Shown here: positions 8,708 through 18,878 of the stretch, piece by piece
Position numbering within the stretch: the first letter of the stretch is position 1
Layout of the letters: each line of letters starts with the position of its first letter
DNA from: an uncultured Clostridia bacterium
GTDB taxonomy: Bacteria; Aerophobota; Aerophobia; Aerophobales; B3-G15
DNA length: 50,215 nt
Reading direction: 5' to 3'
NCBI GenBank assembly: GCA_964482715.1
Contig: CAYZYX010000009.1
Coordinates: 1 to 50,215, forward strand
The notes under the pieces: model-generated
What the model was told of the DNA's origin: nothing
What the model saw: the letters and a program-made list of their open reading frames with translations, nothing else
Database searches by the model: none
Translations under genes and position numbers: made by a program

Positions 8708-9325
8708 TTAAGTTGTTTCAAATGTAGGTGATCTTGTGTCCAAAAGGGGTTTCAAAAAATCTATGAATTCTTGAATTGAAGTTACCACCCGGTCAGCGTA
8801 TTGGGAATATGGCTGAAGAGGATTTTTTAGTAAAACAGTAAAAGCACCCGCGCTTTTTCCTGCCACCATATCAAATTCATAGTCACCCAGAACGACTACT
8901 TCTGGGGGTACTAACCCCATTTTATTACAGGCAACAATTATGGGCTCTTTGGCTGGTTTGGGAAGTGTATCTTCCCTTGTAACTATTGCATCAAAATCTA
9001 ATTTGAATTTCTCCAGTATTATACAAACCGATTCTCGATTATTCCTCGTAACAAGGCCTTTCTTTATTCCATATTTATTCAGAAGGGAAAATAAAAAATA
9101 CATACCATCGTTCAAAGAACACGTTGAGGCAGCTTTGTTTTCGTATTTTTTCAAAATCTTTAAAGCATGTTCTCTTCTGAAACTGTCTTCTATCTGCAAA
9201 ATGTTTTCCAGAAGAGGAAACCTTCTTTTTCCAAATATCTTTTTGCTTATTTCCTGAAAATTAAGATTGCTTTTTACCACTACACCATCCAGATCAAGAA
9301 TTATCCCTCGCAGTTTTTTCATCAT
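8708..9325 (-). CDS. HAD-superfamily hydrolase (phosphoglycolate phosphatase-like)
   Basis: DLDG, VTRN, KP, GDYEFD...AG motifs. Confidence 0.85.
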   Translation of the reverse strand: MMKKLRGIILDLDGVVVKSNLNFQEISKKIFGKRRFPLLENILQIEDSFRREHALKILKKYENKAASTCSLNDGMYFLFSLLNKYGIKKGLVTRNNRESVCIILEKFKLDFDAIVTREDTLPKPAKEPIIVACNKMGLVPPEVVVLGDYEFDMVAGKSAGAFTVLLKNPLQPYSQYADRVVTSIQEFIDFLKPLLDTRSPTFETT

Positions 9326-9349
9326 TTTACCATAGATAATATCCTATCC

Positions 9350-9829
9350 TCATCCTTCCTTCATTAAATTTTTTATCTTCTCTTTTATTTTCTTGTGGTG
9401 GGAACCCTCCCAATAAACTCTGTTACAGACAGGACAGTAGTAAAAAGAAGGACTGGTGACAAGGGCATAGGGAGGAATTTTGTCTTTAAATTTGGTGACA
9501 TCCTCTATTTTCTCCACCAGATGATTACAATAAACACAGCGAGAAAAAAGTCCTTTCCAGGGATTTAGATTCAAACTTTTGATTACAGTTTTAATTTGTT
9601 GATCAGGGTCTGAATCACTTATAAAAATAAAATTATTACCCCTGTACTTTTTATTTTTATTTACCATTTCACGGTCTTTAGTAAGAATTATCCTGTTTTC
9701 CTTCTTAGCTATCTTGATAAGTTCTTCGTCGGAGATGGAGCAATTGTAGCGGGTGTCAAATCCCATTAATCTCAACCATCTGGCCAGTTTCCCCAGCATG
9801 GAATCAGCAAAAAACTTGACCTCCATCAA
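9350..9829 (-). CDS. Mut7-C RNase (PIN-like) domain protein with Zn ribbon
   Basis: FFADSMLGKLARWLRLMGFD, RIILTKD, RCVYCN...CPVC...YWEGSH. Confidence 0.88.
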   Translation of the reverse strand: MMEVKFFADSMLGKLARWLRLMGFDTRYNCSISDEELIKIAKKENRIILTKDREMVNKNKKYRGNNFIFISDSDPDQQIKTVIKSLNLNPWKGLFSRCVYCNHLVEKIEDVTKFKDKIPPYALVTSPSFYYCPVCNRVYWEGSHHKKIKEKIKNLMKEG

Positions 9830-10380
9830 TAAAAAATCCTTTTAATTTTCAGATACTCAGGCTCCTGCATTTTCTCCAGTTCCCTTTTTACAAAATTCAA
9901 ACCAACAACACATACGTCGAAGTTTTCTGCCAGTCTTCTGAATAGAGGTGCCTCCTTTCTGTACTCTCCCCAGTCAAATTGTGAGACTATGCGATAAGAT
10001 TCTCTTCCTGTCTTGACGTACTCACGAAAATGGTCGATCCACATATGACCGACTCTCCTTCTTAAACTCTCAGGAAACATTCCAGTGAAAAAGAGAGTAT
10101 AATCACCGATATGCTTACGAACCTCTCTTTCTCTCTCCATGGAGCGAGCTCGAGAGACAATATCAGACTCAGCTAACATCTCACCTACATCTTCCAGTCT
10201 TTTACCATGTGAGTCTTTAATCTTGTAAAGATTGTCCACATGGGTAAATTCTATCAGCAAATCTGAAACATAAATAGTGATCCAGGGGTCACATAGTCCT
10301 AAATATTCATAAAAACTTCTTTCTGTTAATGCTATAAACAAACGGCTCAGGGGATGTTCTCTGGGTATCTTTTTGGGCAT
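9826..10380 (-). CDS. conserved hypothetical helical protein
   Basis: 184-aa ORF with SD AGAGGA; motif IGDYTLFFTGMFPE...GRESY looks conserved; overlaps the Mut7-C gene start. Confidence 0.7.
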   Translation of the reverse strand: MPKKIPREHPLSRLFIALTERSFYEYLGLCDPWITIYVSDLLIEFTHVDNLYKIKDSHGKRLEDVGEMLAESDIVSRARSMEREREVRKHIGDYTLFFTGMFPESLRRRVGHMWIDHFREYVKTGRESYRIVSQFDWGEYRKEAPLFRRLAENFDVCVVGLNFVKRELEKMQEPEYLKIKRIFY

Positions 10381-10421
10381 AAAACTTTCCTCTTTTACTA
10401 AAGAAAATTTTTTTACTTATA

Positions 10422-11483
10422 CTATTCACTACGCAAGGCCTCCTCAACCATACGAACATCCCTTGCCCTTCTGAGGGCTTCTTCACGACTTATTAGCTTC
10501 TTTTTCACCAGACTAATCAGGGACTGATCCATAGTTTGCATGCCTATTTGTCCGCTTGTCTGCATTATGTTATAAAGTTGATGAGACTTACCAGACCGAA
10601 CCAAATTCCCTACTGCCGGGGTACCAATTAGAACCTCCACGGCCGGAACTCGCCCTTTACCATTTGCCCTGGGGATAAGGGTCTGAGCAATAACCGCAAC
10701 CAGGGTTGTAGAAAGCTGCAGTCTAATTTGGGATTGCTGGTAGGGTGGAAAAACGTCAATTATTCTGTCAATAGCTCCTGGTGCATCAGGTGTATGTAGT
10801 GTGGCCATAACTAAATGGCCCGTCTCAGCAGCAGTTATGGCGGTAGAGATAGTCTCAAGATCTCTCATTTCCCCTATCATTATGACATCAGGATCCTGTC
10901 TTAAACAGTATTTAAGCGAGGTAGCAAACGAAAGAGTATCTCCACCAACTTCTCTTTGTTCCACCACTCCTTTTTTATGAGAATGAAGATACTCAATAGG
11001 GTCTTCGATAATTATTATATGGACAGGCCTTGTGCTGTTTATAATGTCTATCATGGAAGCCAGAGTGGTAGATTTTCCGCTTCCTGTAGGTCCGGTAACC
11101 AGTATAAGTCCTCTATCTTTAAGACAAAGTTCTTCCAGAACTGGAGGGAGATTTAACTCCTTAATTGAAGGAATGTTGTAAGGGATAAGCCTTATAGAAG
11201 CCGCAATGGAACCTCTCTGGTAATGAACATTAACGCGAAACCTGCCAATCCCAGAAATTCCGTAAGAAAAATCCAGATCTTTTCTCTCTTCAAACAGAAG
11301 TCTCTGCTTTGAGTCAAGCATAGAATATATCAAAGATTTTATTCCTTCTGGCTTTAAAATCTCATCTCCTTCAGAAAACTGAAGAGCTCCATCCACACGG
11401 AAAGTTGGAGGAACACCACTTACAAGATGTAAATCGGATGCCCCTATCTGCTTCATTTTCTCCAGCAAACTCCTCATTTCCAT
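10422..11483 (-). CDS. pilT: type IV pilus retraction ATPase, PilT/PilU family
   Basis: ASDLH, GPTGSGKSTT, EDPIE, LRQDPD, GEMRD, TGHLVMATLH, GMQTMDQ. Confidence 0.93.
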   Translation of the reverse strand: MEMRSLLEKMKQIGASDLHLVSGVPPTFRVDGALQFSEGDEILKPEGIKSLIYSMLDSKQRLLFEERKDLDFSYGISGIGRFRVNVHYQRGSIAASIRLIPYNIPSIKELNLPPVLEELCLKDRGLILVTGPTGSGKSTTLASMIDIINSTRPVHIIIIEDPIEYLHSHKKGVVEQREVGGDTLSFATSLKYCLRQDPDVIMIGEMRDLETISTAITAAETGHLVMATLHTPDAPGAIDRIIDVFPPYQQSQIRLQLSTTLVAVIAQTLIPRANGKGRVPAVEVLIGTPAVGNLVRSGKSHQLYNIMQTSGQIGMQTMDQSLISLVKKKLISREEALRRARDVRMVEEALRSE

Positions 11484-11513
11484 ATTTATCTCCTTGAATT
11501 AGTCTACCGTAAT

Positions 11514-11543
11514 ATTCTAACATGTGATGGAGTAAAATGTCAA
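11514..11543 (-). promoter_or_regulatory. candidate pilT promoter (TTGACA-18 nt-TAGAAT, extended -10 TG)
   Basis: Minus strand TTGACA...TGTTAGAAT; SD AAGGAG before ATG 11483. Confidence 0.55.
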
Positions 11544-11577
11544 GGTCTGGAAAACATAAAATTTGAAAAGCTATTTT

Positions 11578-12366
11578 TTATTTTAGATCCTCTTCAAGTT
11601 GCCTCTGGAACTTTTCACTATGTTTATAATAGTCCTTTCTCTGAAGTTCACTTGCCGCCTGCTCGTCCAATATAACTGTAACTTGAGGGTGGAATTGTAG
11701 AAAAGAGGCTGGCACAAAGGCAGACACGGGACCTTCTATACACTCTCTAATTGCTCTGGCTTTAGTCTTACCAGAGGCAAGAAGTAAGCAATGCTTGGCT
11801 TCGTAAATAGTTCTTATACCCATAGTTATGGCATACTTTGGTACCTCTTCTTTATTTTTAAAAAATCTGCTGTTGTCTTCAATTGTTTCTGGAGTTAACG
11901 TCTTTATTCTGGTTCGAGAGCCAAAAGAGGAACCAGGCTCGTTAAAGCCAATGTGACCATCTCTACCAATCCCCAGAAGTTGAAGGTCAATCCCTCCTAC
12001 CTGTTTAATCTTTTGTTCATACCACCTGCAATGAGCCTGCAGATCTTTTATATCCCCGCGGGGAATATATACATTTTCTTCTCTAATATTTATATACCGA
12101 AAAAAATTGTTCCACATGAAATAATTATAACTCATTGGATGTTTGGGGCTAAGGCCAACATATTCGTCCAGATTAAAAGTTCTTACTTTGGAAAAATCGA
12201 GACTCTCTTCCTGGTGAAACTGAATGAGTTTTCTATAGACTCCAAGCGGAGTAGTTCCTGTGGCAAGACCCAATACAAGATCTGGTTTTATTTCTATTTC
12301 CTTTTTTATTATTCGAGCTGCTTCTTCGGTTAAAGCATCGTAGTCGGGAACTATTATTACTCTCAT
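11578..12366 (-). CDS. nagB: glucosamine-6-phosphate deaminase
   Basis: LGLATG, FNLDEY, GIGRDGHIGFNEP; start moved to ATG 12366 (ATGA overlap with glmM stop, SD GGGAG). Confidence 0.93.
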   Translation of the reverse strand: MRVIIVPDYDALTEEAARIIKKEIEIKPDLVLGLATGTTPLGVYRKLIQFHQEESLDFSKVRTFNLDEYVGLSPKHPMSYNYFMWNNFFRYINIREENVYIPRGDIKDLQAHCRWYEQKIKQVGGIDLQLLGIGRDGHIGFNEPGSSFGSRTRIKTLTPETIEDNSRFFKNKEEVPKYAITMGIRTIYEAKHCLLLASGKTKARAIRECIEGPVSAFVPASFLQFHPQVTVILDEQAASELQRKDYYKHSEKFQRQLEEDLK

Positions 12367-13721
12367 TTTCCTTCTCCCTTGAATCTTTCTATCAACTCTA
12401 AAGCCCATTTAAGATTTTTCCCGGCTATTTCGGAATTCTCTGCCTCACTTATCAGTCGCAAAACTGGTTCTGTACCCGAAGGTCTGATGTGCACCCAGCC
12501 TTTTGGTAACTTTATTTTCATTCCATCAAGAAAATCTAAATCTTCAGATTCAAATCTCTTGATTACTTCTTCTTTTAGCAGCTCAAAATTAAATCCCTGG
12601 CTTTCAATTTTTTTCTTTATCATGTAATAGCGAGGTAATTCTTCACATATCGAAGAAATTGTTCTATTTTCTGCAGCCAGATAGTTTAATATGAGGGCAA
12701 TAGAGACAATTCCATCTCTTGCATAGTTAAGAGATGGAAAAATTACTCCACCATTTCCCTCCCCTCCGATAACAGCTCCACAATCTTTCATCTTTCGGGA
12801 AACGTGTATATCCCCAACCTTGGTTCTTATAATTTGGCAACCAAATTCTTTTACCACGTCTTCCACTGTTTGGGAAGTGCAAATGTTAGTTACCACAGGT
12901 CCTTTTGTCTTTTCCTTCAAAACAAATCTGGTAACAATGGCCAGAGTGTATTCTTCAGAAAGTGGTTCTCCCTGTTCGGAAACTAAAACCAATCGATCTG
13001 CATCCGCATCATGAGCAAAACCGATGTCTGCCTGATGTTCTTTCACAACTTTAGAGAGTTCTTCTAAATTCTCTGGAACTGGTTCCGGTGGACGAGGGAA
13101 AATACCGTCTGGCTTACAGTTCAACCTGATTACCTGACAGCCTAATTTTTCCAGAAGAACGGGACTTATAACAGAAGCTGCTCCATTACAAGCATCGATA
13201 ACCACTTTGAATTTTTTATTTCTAATTTCATTTACATTTACAACTCTTAAAATACTCTGCAAATGATGTGCCACTGCTTGATCATCAAAGCTAACTTTAC
13301 CAATTTTATTCCACCCTGCCCTTGGTATATTACCCCTCTTATATAATCTGATAAGCTCTTCTCCTTCTTCAGGATAAAGAAATAGCCCGTCATCTCGAAT
13401 AAACTTTAAAGCATTCCACTCTACGGGATTGTGACTTCCGGTAATCACTATACCTCCCTTTGCATCAGTGTCTTTAACCATGAGCTGAAGCGAGGGAGTG
13501 GGACAAATACCAACATCAATGGCATGGCAACCTACAGATAAAAGCCCGCTGAAAACTGCGTATTTAAACATCTGATTGGAAGTTCGTGTATCATAACCAA
13601 CTAAAATCTTCCCTGGTCTTAGACTTCCAAAAGCACTTGCAAGTTCAGATATAACCTCAGGAGTCAATCCCTTTCCCACTATTCCTCTGACACCTGAAGG
13701 ACTAATCATCAGAGAGTTCAT
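12363..13721 (-). CDS. glmM: phosphoglucosamine mutase / phosphohexomutase
   Basis: SGVRG, TGSHNP, DADADR, GEGNGG, RPSGTEP; substrate not certain. Confidence 0.8.
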   Translation of the reverse strand: MNSLMISPSGVRGIVGKGLTPEVISELASAFGSLRPGKILVGYDTRTSNQMFKYAVFSGLLSVGCHAIDVGICPTPSLQLMVKDTDAKGGIVITGSHNPVEWNALKFIRDDGLFLYPEEGEELIRLYKRGNIPRAGWNKIGKVSFDDQAVAHHLQSILRVVNVNEIRNKKFKVVIDACNGAASVISPVLLEKLGCQVIRLNCKPDGIFPRPPEPVPENLEELSKVVKEHQADIGFAHDADADRLVLVSEQGEPLSEEYTLAIVTRFVLKEKTKGPVVTNICTSQTVEDVVKEFGCQIIRTKVGDIHVSRKMKDCGAVIGGEGNGGVIFPSLNYARDGIVSIALILNYLAAENRTISSICEELPRYYMIKKKIESQGFNFELLKEEVIKRFESEDLDFLDGMKIKLPKGWVHIRPSGTEPVLRLISEAENSEIAGKNLKWALELIERFKGEGK

Positions 13722-14421
13722 TTTTCTCTCCGGCCGATATCTTTTTCCAGGCCCGCTCAGCAGCTATCTTCTCTGCTTTTTTCTTGCTCGAACCCCAGCC
13801 AGTTCCCAGAGTCTTTCCGTTAATCTTAACCTTTACCCTGAACATCTTCTTGTGATCCGGTCCCTTTTCCTGAACCACCTGGTAACGAGGCAGTTTCTTA
13901 TAGACTGATTGAGAATATTCTTGGAGTAAAGATTTAAAATCACGCACTTGCCCCAGAAGATCCTCTTCCTCCAGAAGAGAATTTAAAATAAATTTCCTGG
14001 TCATCCTGAGTCCCCGATCCAGATAAAGAGCACCCACCACTGCTTCGTATGCATCGGCCAGCATAGCATCCTGAAACCGAATCTCTTCTTGATCCTTGCC
14101 CACCAGGAGATAATCACCTATTTTTATCTTGCGAGCATTATTAGCCAGATTTTCTTCGGAAACTACAGCACTTCTGAGTCTTGATAAATCTCCTTCACTT
14201 AGATCAGGATACTTTTGAAAAAGGTAGTCGGCTACCACCAACTCGAGGACTGCATCACCCAGAAATTCCATGCGTTCATTATCCTTGAGTATTTCAGCAG
14301 GATTTGATTTGGCATAAGAAGAATGAGTCAATGCCTGATCTAAAAGCTTGATATTTTTCCACTCTACTCCAATTATTCTTTGAAACTCGATTAGCTTTTC
14401 TTTTCGAGAAACATCTTTCAT
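13702..14421 (-). CDS. rnc: ribonuclease III
   Basis: ALTHSS, NERMEFLGDAVL, C-terminal dsRBD. Confidence 0.95.
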   Translation of the reverse strand: MKDVSRKEKLIEFQRIIGVEWKNIKLLDQALTHSSYAKSNPAEILKDNERMEFLGDAVLELVVADYLFQKYPDLSEGDLSRLRSAVVSEENLANNARKIKIGDYLLVGKDQEEIRFQDAMLADAYEAVVGALYLDRGLRMTRKFILNSLLEEEDLLGQVRDFKSLLQEYSQSVYKKLPRYQVVQEKGPDHKKMFRVKVKINGKTLGTGWGSSKKKAEKIAAERAWKKISAGEKNELSDD

Positions 14422-14431
14422 AATTTAAAGG

Positions 14432-15673
14432 TCACCCCTCATATCTTTTCACTACAATAGCGGCATTGTGTCCTCCAAAACCCATTGAATTAGAAAGGGC
14501 CACCTTAACCTTTGCTTCCCGAGCCTGATTAGGAACATAGTCAAGATCACATTCAGGATCGGGAAATTCATAATTAATAGTTGGAGGGATCACCTGACGC
14601 TGGATTGCAAGAATACAGGCAATAATTTCCACCCCTCCCGTAGCACCCAGCAAATGACCAGTCATTGATTTAGTAGAACTCACCGGGATACGATAAGCCT
14701 TTTCTTTAAAGAGAGATTTGATGGCTATGGTTTCTACCTTATCATTAAGAGGAGTCGAAGTTCCATGAGCATTTATATAATCTACCTGCTCGGGATTAAT
14801 TTTAGCATCCCTTAAAGAAATTTCCATGGCCATTTTTATCCCCTTACCATCTTCCACAGGTTGGGTGATATGGTAGGCATCACTACTCATACCGAAACCT
14901 GCTATCTCCGCCCATATGGGAGCTCCTCTTTCCTTTGCTCTCTCGAGTTCTTCCAGAACGAGAATTCCCGCTCCTTCACCCATAACAAAACCATCTCTCT
15001 CTCTATCAAATGGCCGAGAAGCTCTCTCAGGTTCATCATTTCTGGTGGAAAGCGCCCTCATGGAACAAAATCCAGCCAGTCCCAGAGGAGTAATGGCTGC
15101 CTCTGTACCTCCTGCTATCATTACATCCGCTTCCCCTCTCTGTATTATTCTAAAGGCCTCCCCTATAGCATGGTTTCCCGTAGCACAGGCTGTGGAGATA
15201 GAAAGATTAGGCCCGGTAAATCCGTATTTTATGGAAATATAAGCTGAAGTTATATCCGTTATTAACATGGGAACTAAAAAGGGACTTACTCGCTGGGGGC
15301 CGCGCTGAAGAAGTACAGTTTTTTCCCGCTCAATTGTCTCCAGACCTCCCACTCCCGAACCAACCAGAACACCGATTCTTTGAGGATCTTCTCTATCACA
15401 ATCTATTCCTGACCCTTCTATAGCTTCTCTTGCTGCAATCATACCCAGCTGGGTAAACCTGTCCATTCTCCTTATGTCCCTTGGTGAAAGGTAATCTTCT
15501 ATTTTAATTTTTACTTCTCCTCCCATTTGAGAACGAAAAGAGGAAGGGTCAAAATGGGTTATTTTCCCAATTCCATTTCTACCATTAAATATCCCCTCTT
15601 CAAATTCTTTTATCCCCACTCCAACAGGACTTACAACCCCTACTCCAGTAACAACGACCCGCCTTCCACCCAT
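14432..15673 (-). CDS. fabF: 3-oxoacyl-ACP synthase II
   Basis: [29 protein letters not shown]. Confidence 0.96.
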   Translation of the reverse strand: MGGRRVVVTGVGVVSPVGVGIKEFEEGIFNGRNGIGKITHFDPSSFRSQMGGEVKIKIEDYLSPRDIRRMDRFTQLGMIAAREAIEGSGIDCDREDPQRIGVLVGSGVGGLETIEREKTVLLQRGPQRVSPFLVPMLITDITSAYISIKYGFTGPNLSISTACATGNHAIGEAFRIIQRGEADVMIAGGTEAAITPLGLAGFCSMRALSTRNDEPERASRPFDRERDGFVMGEGAGILVLEELERAKERGAPIWAEIAGFGMSSDAYHITQPVEDGKGIKMAMEISLRDAKINPEQVDYINAHGTSTPLNDKVETIAIKSLFKEKAYRIPVSSTKSMTGHLLGATGGVEIIACILAIQRQVIPPTINYEFPDPECDLDYVPNQAREAKVKVALSNSMGFGGHNAAIVVKRYEG

Positions 15674-15687
15674 AACCTTTTCCTTAT

Positions 15688-15936
15688 CTACTTTAAGTGA
15701 CTCTCTATATAATCAATCACCTTTTGAACAGTTGTAAGCTTCTCTGCTTCCTCATCCGAAATTTCCAGATTAAACTCCTCTTCCAAAGCCATTACAAGCT
15801 CAACCGTATCAAGTGAATCAGCCCCCAGATCATCAACGAACTTAGCCTCCGGGGTTATTTGAGATTCATCAATGCCAAGTTGTTCGCTGGTAATTTTTTT
15901 AACTTTTTTTAAGATCTCATCTCTGGTCATTTTCAT
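15688..15936 (-). CDS. acpP: acyl carrier protein
   Basis: [12 protein letters not shown]. Confidence 0.97.
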   Translation of the reverse strand: MKMTRDEILKKVKKITSEQLGIDESQITPEAKFVDDLGADSLDTVELVMALEEEFNLEISDEEAEKLTTVQKVIDYIESHLK

Positions 15937-15962
15937 TACCTCCTTTTGTCATTGATAATCTG

Positions 15963-16703
15963 TTACATTCCTAAACCACCATCAATTCTTATTACTTCAC
16001 CGGTAATATAGCCTGCTTCATCCGAAGCCAGGAAAGTCACCAATGAAGCTACTTCTTCTGGCTTTCCTATTCTTCGGAGAGGAATTTTAGAAACGAGAGC
16101 ATCTCTGGTTTTTTCCGGTAGATTTTCGGTCATTGAAGTTTGGATAAAACCAGGTGCTACCGCATTTACTGTAATACCTCTTCTACCAAACTCTCGAGCC
16201 GCTGACTTGGATAAAGCTATAAGTCCAGCTTTTGAAGACGCATAATTGGCCTGCCCTTCATTACCTCGCAACCCGATTATCGAGGAAATATTGATTATTC
16301 TACCATACTTTCTTTTCAGCATAAAAGGAGATACTATCTTTATTAAGTTAAAAGCACTTTTGAGATTTACTCTTATTACACTATCCCATTCTTCTTCTTT
16401 CATCCTGACAAGGAGCCTGTCACAGGTAATTCCAGCGTTGTTGACCAATATATCAATACGACCAAAAATGTCAATTACTTTATTTACAGCTTCTTTTACT
16501 TCTGAAAAAGAGCTTACGTCAACCTTTATACCTAAAACATTGCCCTGCAGGTTTTTTAATTCTTGAACAGTTTTTTCTATCATCTGTTCATTAAGATCAA
16601 ACATTCCAACTCGGGCACCTTCTTTAACAAATCTCTGACAGATAGCTTTGCCAATACCCTGGGCACCTCCCGTAACAATGGCCACCTTATTTTGTAGCTT
16701 CAT
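15963..16703 (-). CDS. fabG: 3-oxoacyl-ACP reductase
   Basis: TGGAQGIG, NNAG, YASSK; position before acpP. Confidence 0.93.
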   Translation of the reverse strand: MKLQNKVAIVTGGAQGIGKAICQRFVKEGARVGMFDLNEQMIEKTVQELKNLQGNVLGIKVDVSSFSEVKEAVNKVIDIFGRIDILVNNAGITCDRLLVRMKEEEWDSVIRVNLKSAFNLIKIVSPFMLKRKYGRIINISSIIGLRGNEGQANYASSKAGLIALSKSAAREFGRRGITVNAVAPGFIQTSMTENLPEKTRDALVSKIPLRRIGKPEEVASLVTFLASDEAGYITGEVIRIDGGLGM

Positions 16704-17634
16704 AATTTTTCTCCAGATAATCTATTGCTTTACACATGTCCTCAGGCAGAGATGCTTCAAATTCCACCCATCTTTTCTTTTCCGGATGGAAAAATCCCAG
16801 AAACTCTGCATGCAAAAGTGCACGTGACACGGGTAATGGAAAGTCTCTGCCTGGTTTTCCTCCATATATTCTGTCCCCGATCAAGAAACAATTTAAGGTT
16901 CTTAAATGTACTCGAATTTGGTGAGTCCTCCCTGTAAGAGGATAGATTTCCAAAAGAGACCACCTGCTATTCCAGGATTTCAATAGTTTATATCTGGTTA
17001 TAGCATATTTTGCTAAAGGATCTTGGCTTAATCTTTTTACTCCCCATCTTGAACTACTGGCGATTTTATGATCAATAAAACCTTCTCGAAACTGAGGAAT
17101 ACCTCTGACTAATGCTTTGTACTTCTTCTTCACTTCTCTTTTCTTGAATTGTATGGAAAGAGCAAGATGTGTGTAATCATCCTTGGCAACTACTATTATT
17201 CCAGATGTATCTTTGTCCAGTCGGTGTACTATTCCGGGACGAAGAGGCTTACCAATCTCGGAGAGTCTTGAAGAATGATAGAGCAAAGCATTTACCATTG
17301 TACCCGTTTGACCTGGACGAACAGGATGAGTAAGCATACCAGCTGGCTTGTTTATGACCAAAAGAAACTCGTCTTCATATATTATATTTAAAGGTAAAGC
17401 CTCAGGAATCAAAGAAGAATCCTGAATGACAGGAACATTAATTTTTATCGTATCCCCTCTCTTAAGCAAATAAGAAGGTTTTACCTTCTTTTCATTAACT
17501 ACTATTTCGCCCTTTTGAATTAACTTTTGAATAAAACTACGGGAAAACTCGGAAAATTCCTGTTTTAAAAAAATATCAATCCTCTTTTCCTCCATATCGG
17601 TTTCTATCCTTAAAATTTTAACGGAACTTTTCAT
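16687..17634 (-). CDS. rluD: RluA-family pseudouridine synthase with S4 domain (RluD-like)
   Basis: NKPAG, GIVHRLDKDTSG, TGRTHQIRVH. Confidence 0.88.
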   Translation of the reverse strand: MKSSVKILRIETDMEEKRIDIFLKQEFSEFSRSFIQKLIQKGEIVVNEKKVKPSYLLKRGDTIKINVPVIQDSSLIPEALPLNIIYEDEFLLVINKPAGMLTHPVRPGQTGTMVNALLYHSSRLSEIGKPLRPGIVHRLDKDTSGIIVVAKDDYTHLALSIQFKKREVKKKYKALVRGIPQFREGFIDHKIASSSRWGVKRLSQDPLAKYAITRYKLLKSWNSRWSLLEIYPLTGRTHQIRVHLRTLNCFLIGDRIYGGKPGRDFPLPVSRALLHAEFLGFFHPEKKRWVEFEASLPEDMCKAIDYLEKNYEATK

Positions 17635-17637
17635 GAC

Positions 17638-18426
17638 TTATAATTTAAAGTGCAAGGGCGAAAATTTTTGATTAGAGGTTATTAAATGCATTTTCCTCCA
17701 CCATATAAGGCTTATGGCTAAAAGAGAAAAACTCATGATTTGAAATGAGGTTAACCCCCAAACCAAGGAGTGAGTATCCCCTCTTAAAAACTCGATAAAA
17801 AAACGATGGAGTGAATAAAGTGTCAAAAAAATAGGCAACAATTTGGAAAAACTTTTTTTTCTTTTTCTTAAAATATGCAAAATTAAAAAAATAATGAAAA
17901 GATTAAACGAAGACAAAAGCTGAACCGGAAAAAGGCGTTGACCGGGAAAAACTCTTCCAGCAGGAGAATCAGGAGTAAAAACAAAACCGAAGTGGGAAGG
18001 TATTCCATAACAACAACCATTTAAAAAACAACCGATTCTTCCAATACTAATCCCAAGAGCTATAGCCGGCGCCGAACAATCACCGATTTTCCCCAGGTCT
18101 AAATTTTTTAATTTAATGTAAAAAAAGGAAAACAAAATAGACGCAAATAATCCTCCATAAAAAACCATTCCTCCTTCCCAGATGTAGAAGATTTTTTCGG
18201 GCCGAGTAAAATAGTAATCCAAATTCATTAAAACATAAAAAAATCTACTTGCCAGAAGTGATATGACAATTATACCTGCAATCATATTAGTTATTATTTT
18301 TTCAGGAATAAACGTAGATCGTAGGCTGTGTAAAAAGTAAATTGCAGCCATGGAGAAACCAATAGCAACAAAAACACCATAACTGTAAACTGTAAACCAG
18401 GGTAAACGTAAAATTACAGGATGCAT
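17638..18426 (-). CDS. lgt: prolipoprotein diacylglyceryl transferase
   Basis: SYG, GGMVFYGG, GRIGCFLNGCCYG, RFFIEFLR. Confidence 0.92.
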   Translation of the reverse strand: MHPVILRLPWFTVYSYGVFVAIGFSMAAIYFLHSLRSTFIPEKIITNMIAGIIVISLLASRFFYVLMNLDYYFTRPEKIFYIWEGGMVFYGGLFASILFSFFYIKLKNLDLGKIGDCSAPAIALGISIGRIGCFLNGCCYGIPSHFGFVFTPDSPAGRVFPGQRLFPVQLLSSFNLFIIFLILHILRKRKKSFSKLLPIFLTLYSLHRFFIEFLRGDTHSLVWGLTSFQIMSFSLLAISLIWWRKMHLITSNQKFSPLHFKL

Positions 18427-18878
18427 TGTTTATCTCTTTTTACCATGAAAAGGGCAAGCAAAATAATCCCGATTAATATATAACAATCAGCTAAATTAAA
18501 TACTGGCCAGAATTTTAAATCAATGAAATCTACCACTCCTCCTCTAAAAATTCTGTCCCATAGATTTCCACTTAGTCCTGCCAAAATAAAAGAGAAAAAG
18601 ATAAAAATCCTCCTCTTAAGATAAAATAGCCAGAAGACTATGAGAGCGCCCAGGAGAAAAATATTAAAAGAAATGGAAAAATATCTGGAAGAAGAAAAAA
18701 ATCCAAAAATGAGTCCTTGATTTTTTATAAATACGAAATTAAAAAAGGTATCTACCAGAGGGTGGGAGTCTTCTGATTTTAAAATGAGTGTGGCCATTTC
18801 TTTGCTAACTTGATCGGTCAAAAAAAGAACGATAGTTAAAATTACAAAAGTTAGGTTCTTTCTACAACTTTCCAGCAT
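18414..18878 (-). CDS. lspA: lipoprotein signal peptidase II
   Basis: DQVSK, NQG, GNLWDR, VVDFID, FNLAD; follows ileS; start uncertain. Confidence 0.9.
   Translation of the reverse strand: MLESCRKNLTFVILTIVLFLTDQVSKEMATLILKSEDSHPLVDTFFNFVFIKNQGLIFGFFSSSRYFSISFNIFLLGALIVFWLFYLKRRIFIFFSFILAGLSGNLWDRIFRGGVVDFIDLKFWPVFNLADCYILIGIILLALFMVKRDKQCIL

Noticed and set aside
12367..12408. N-terminal extension of nagB in the ORF track
   Set aside because: ATG 12366 has an SD and an ATGA overlap with glmM and gives a normal NagB start
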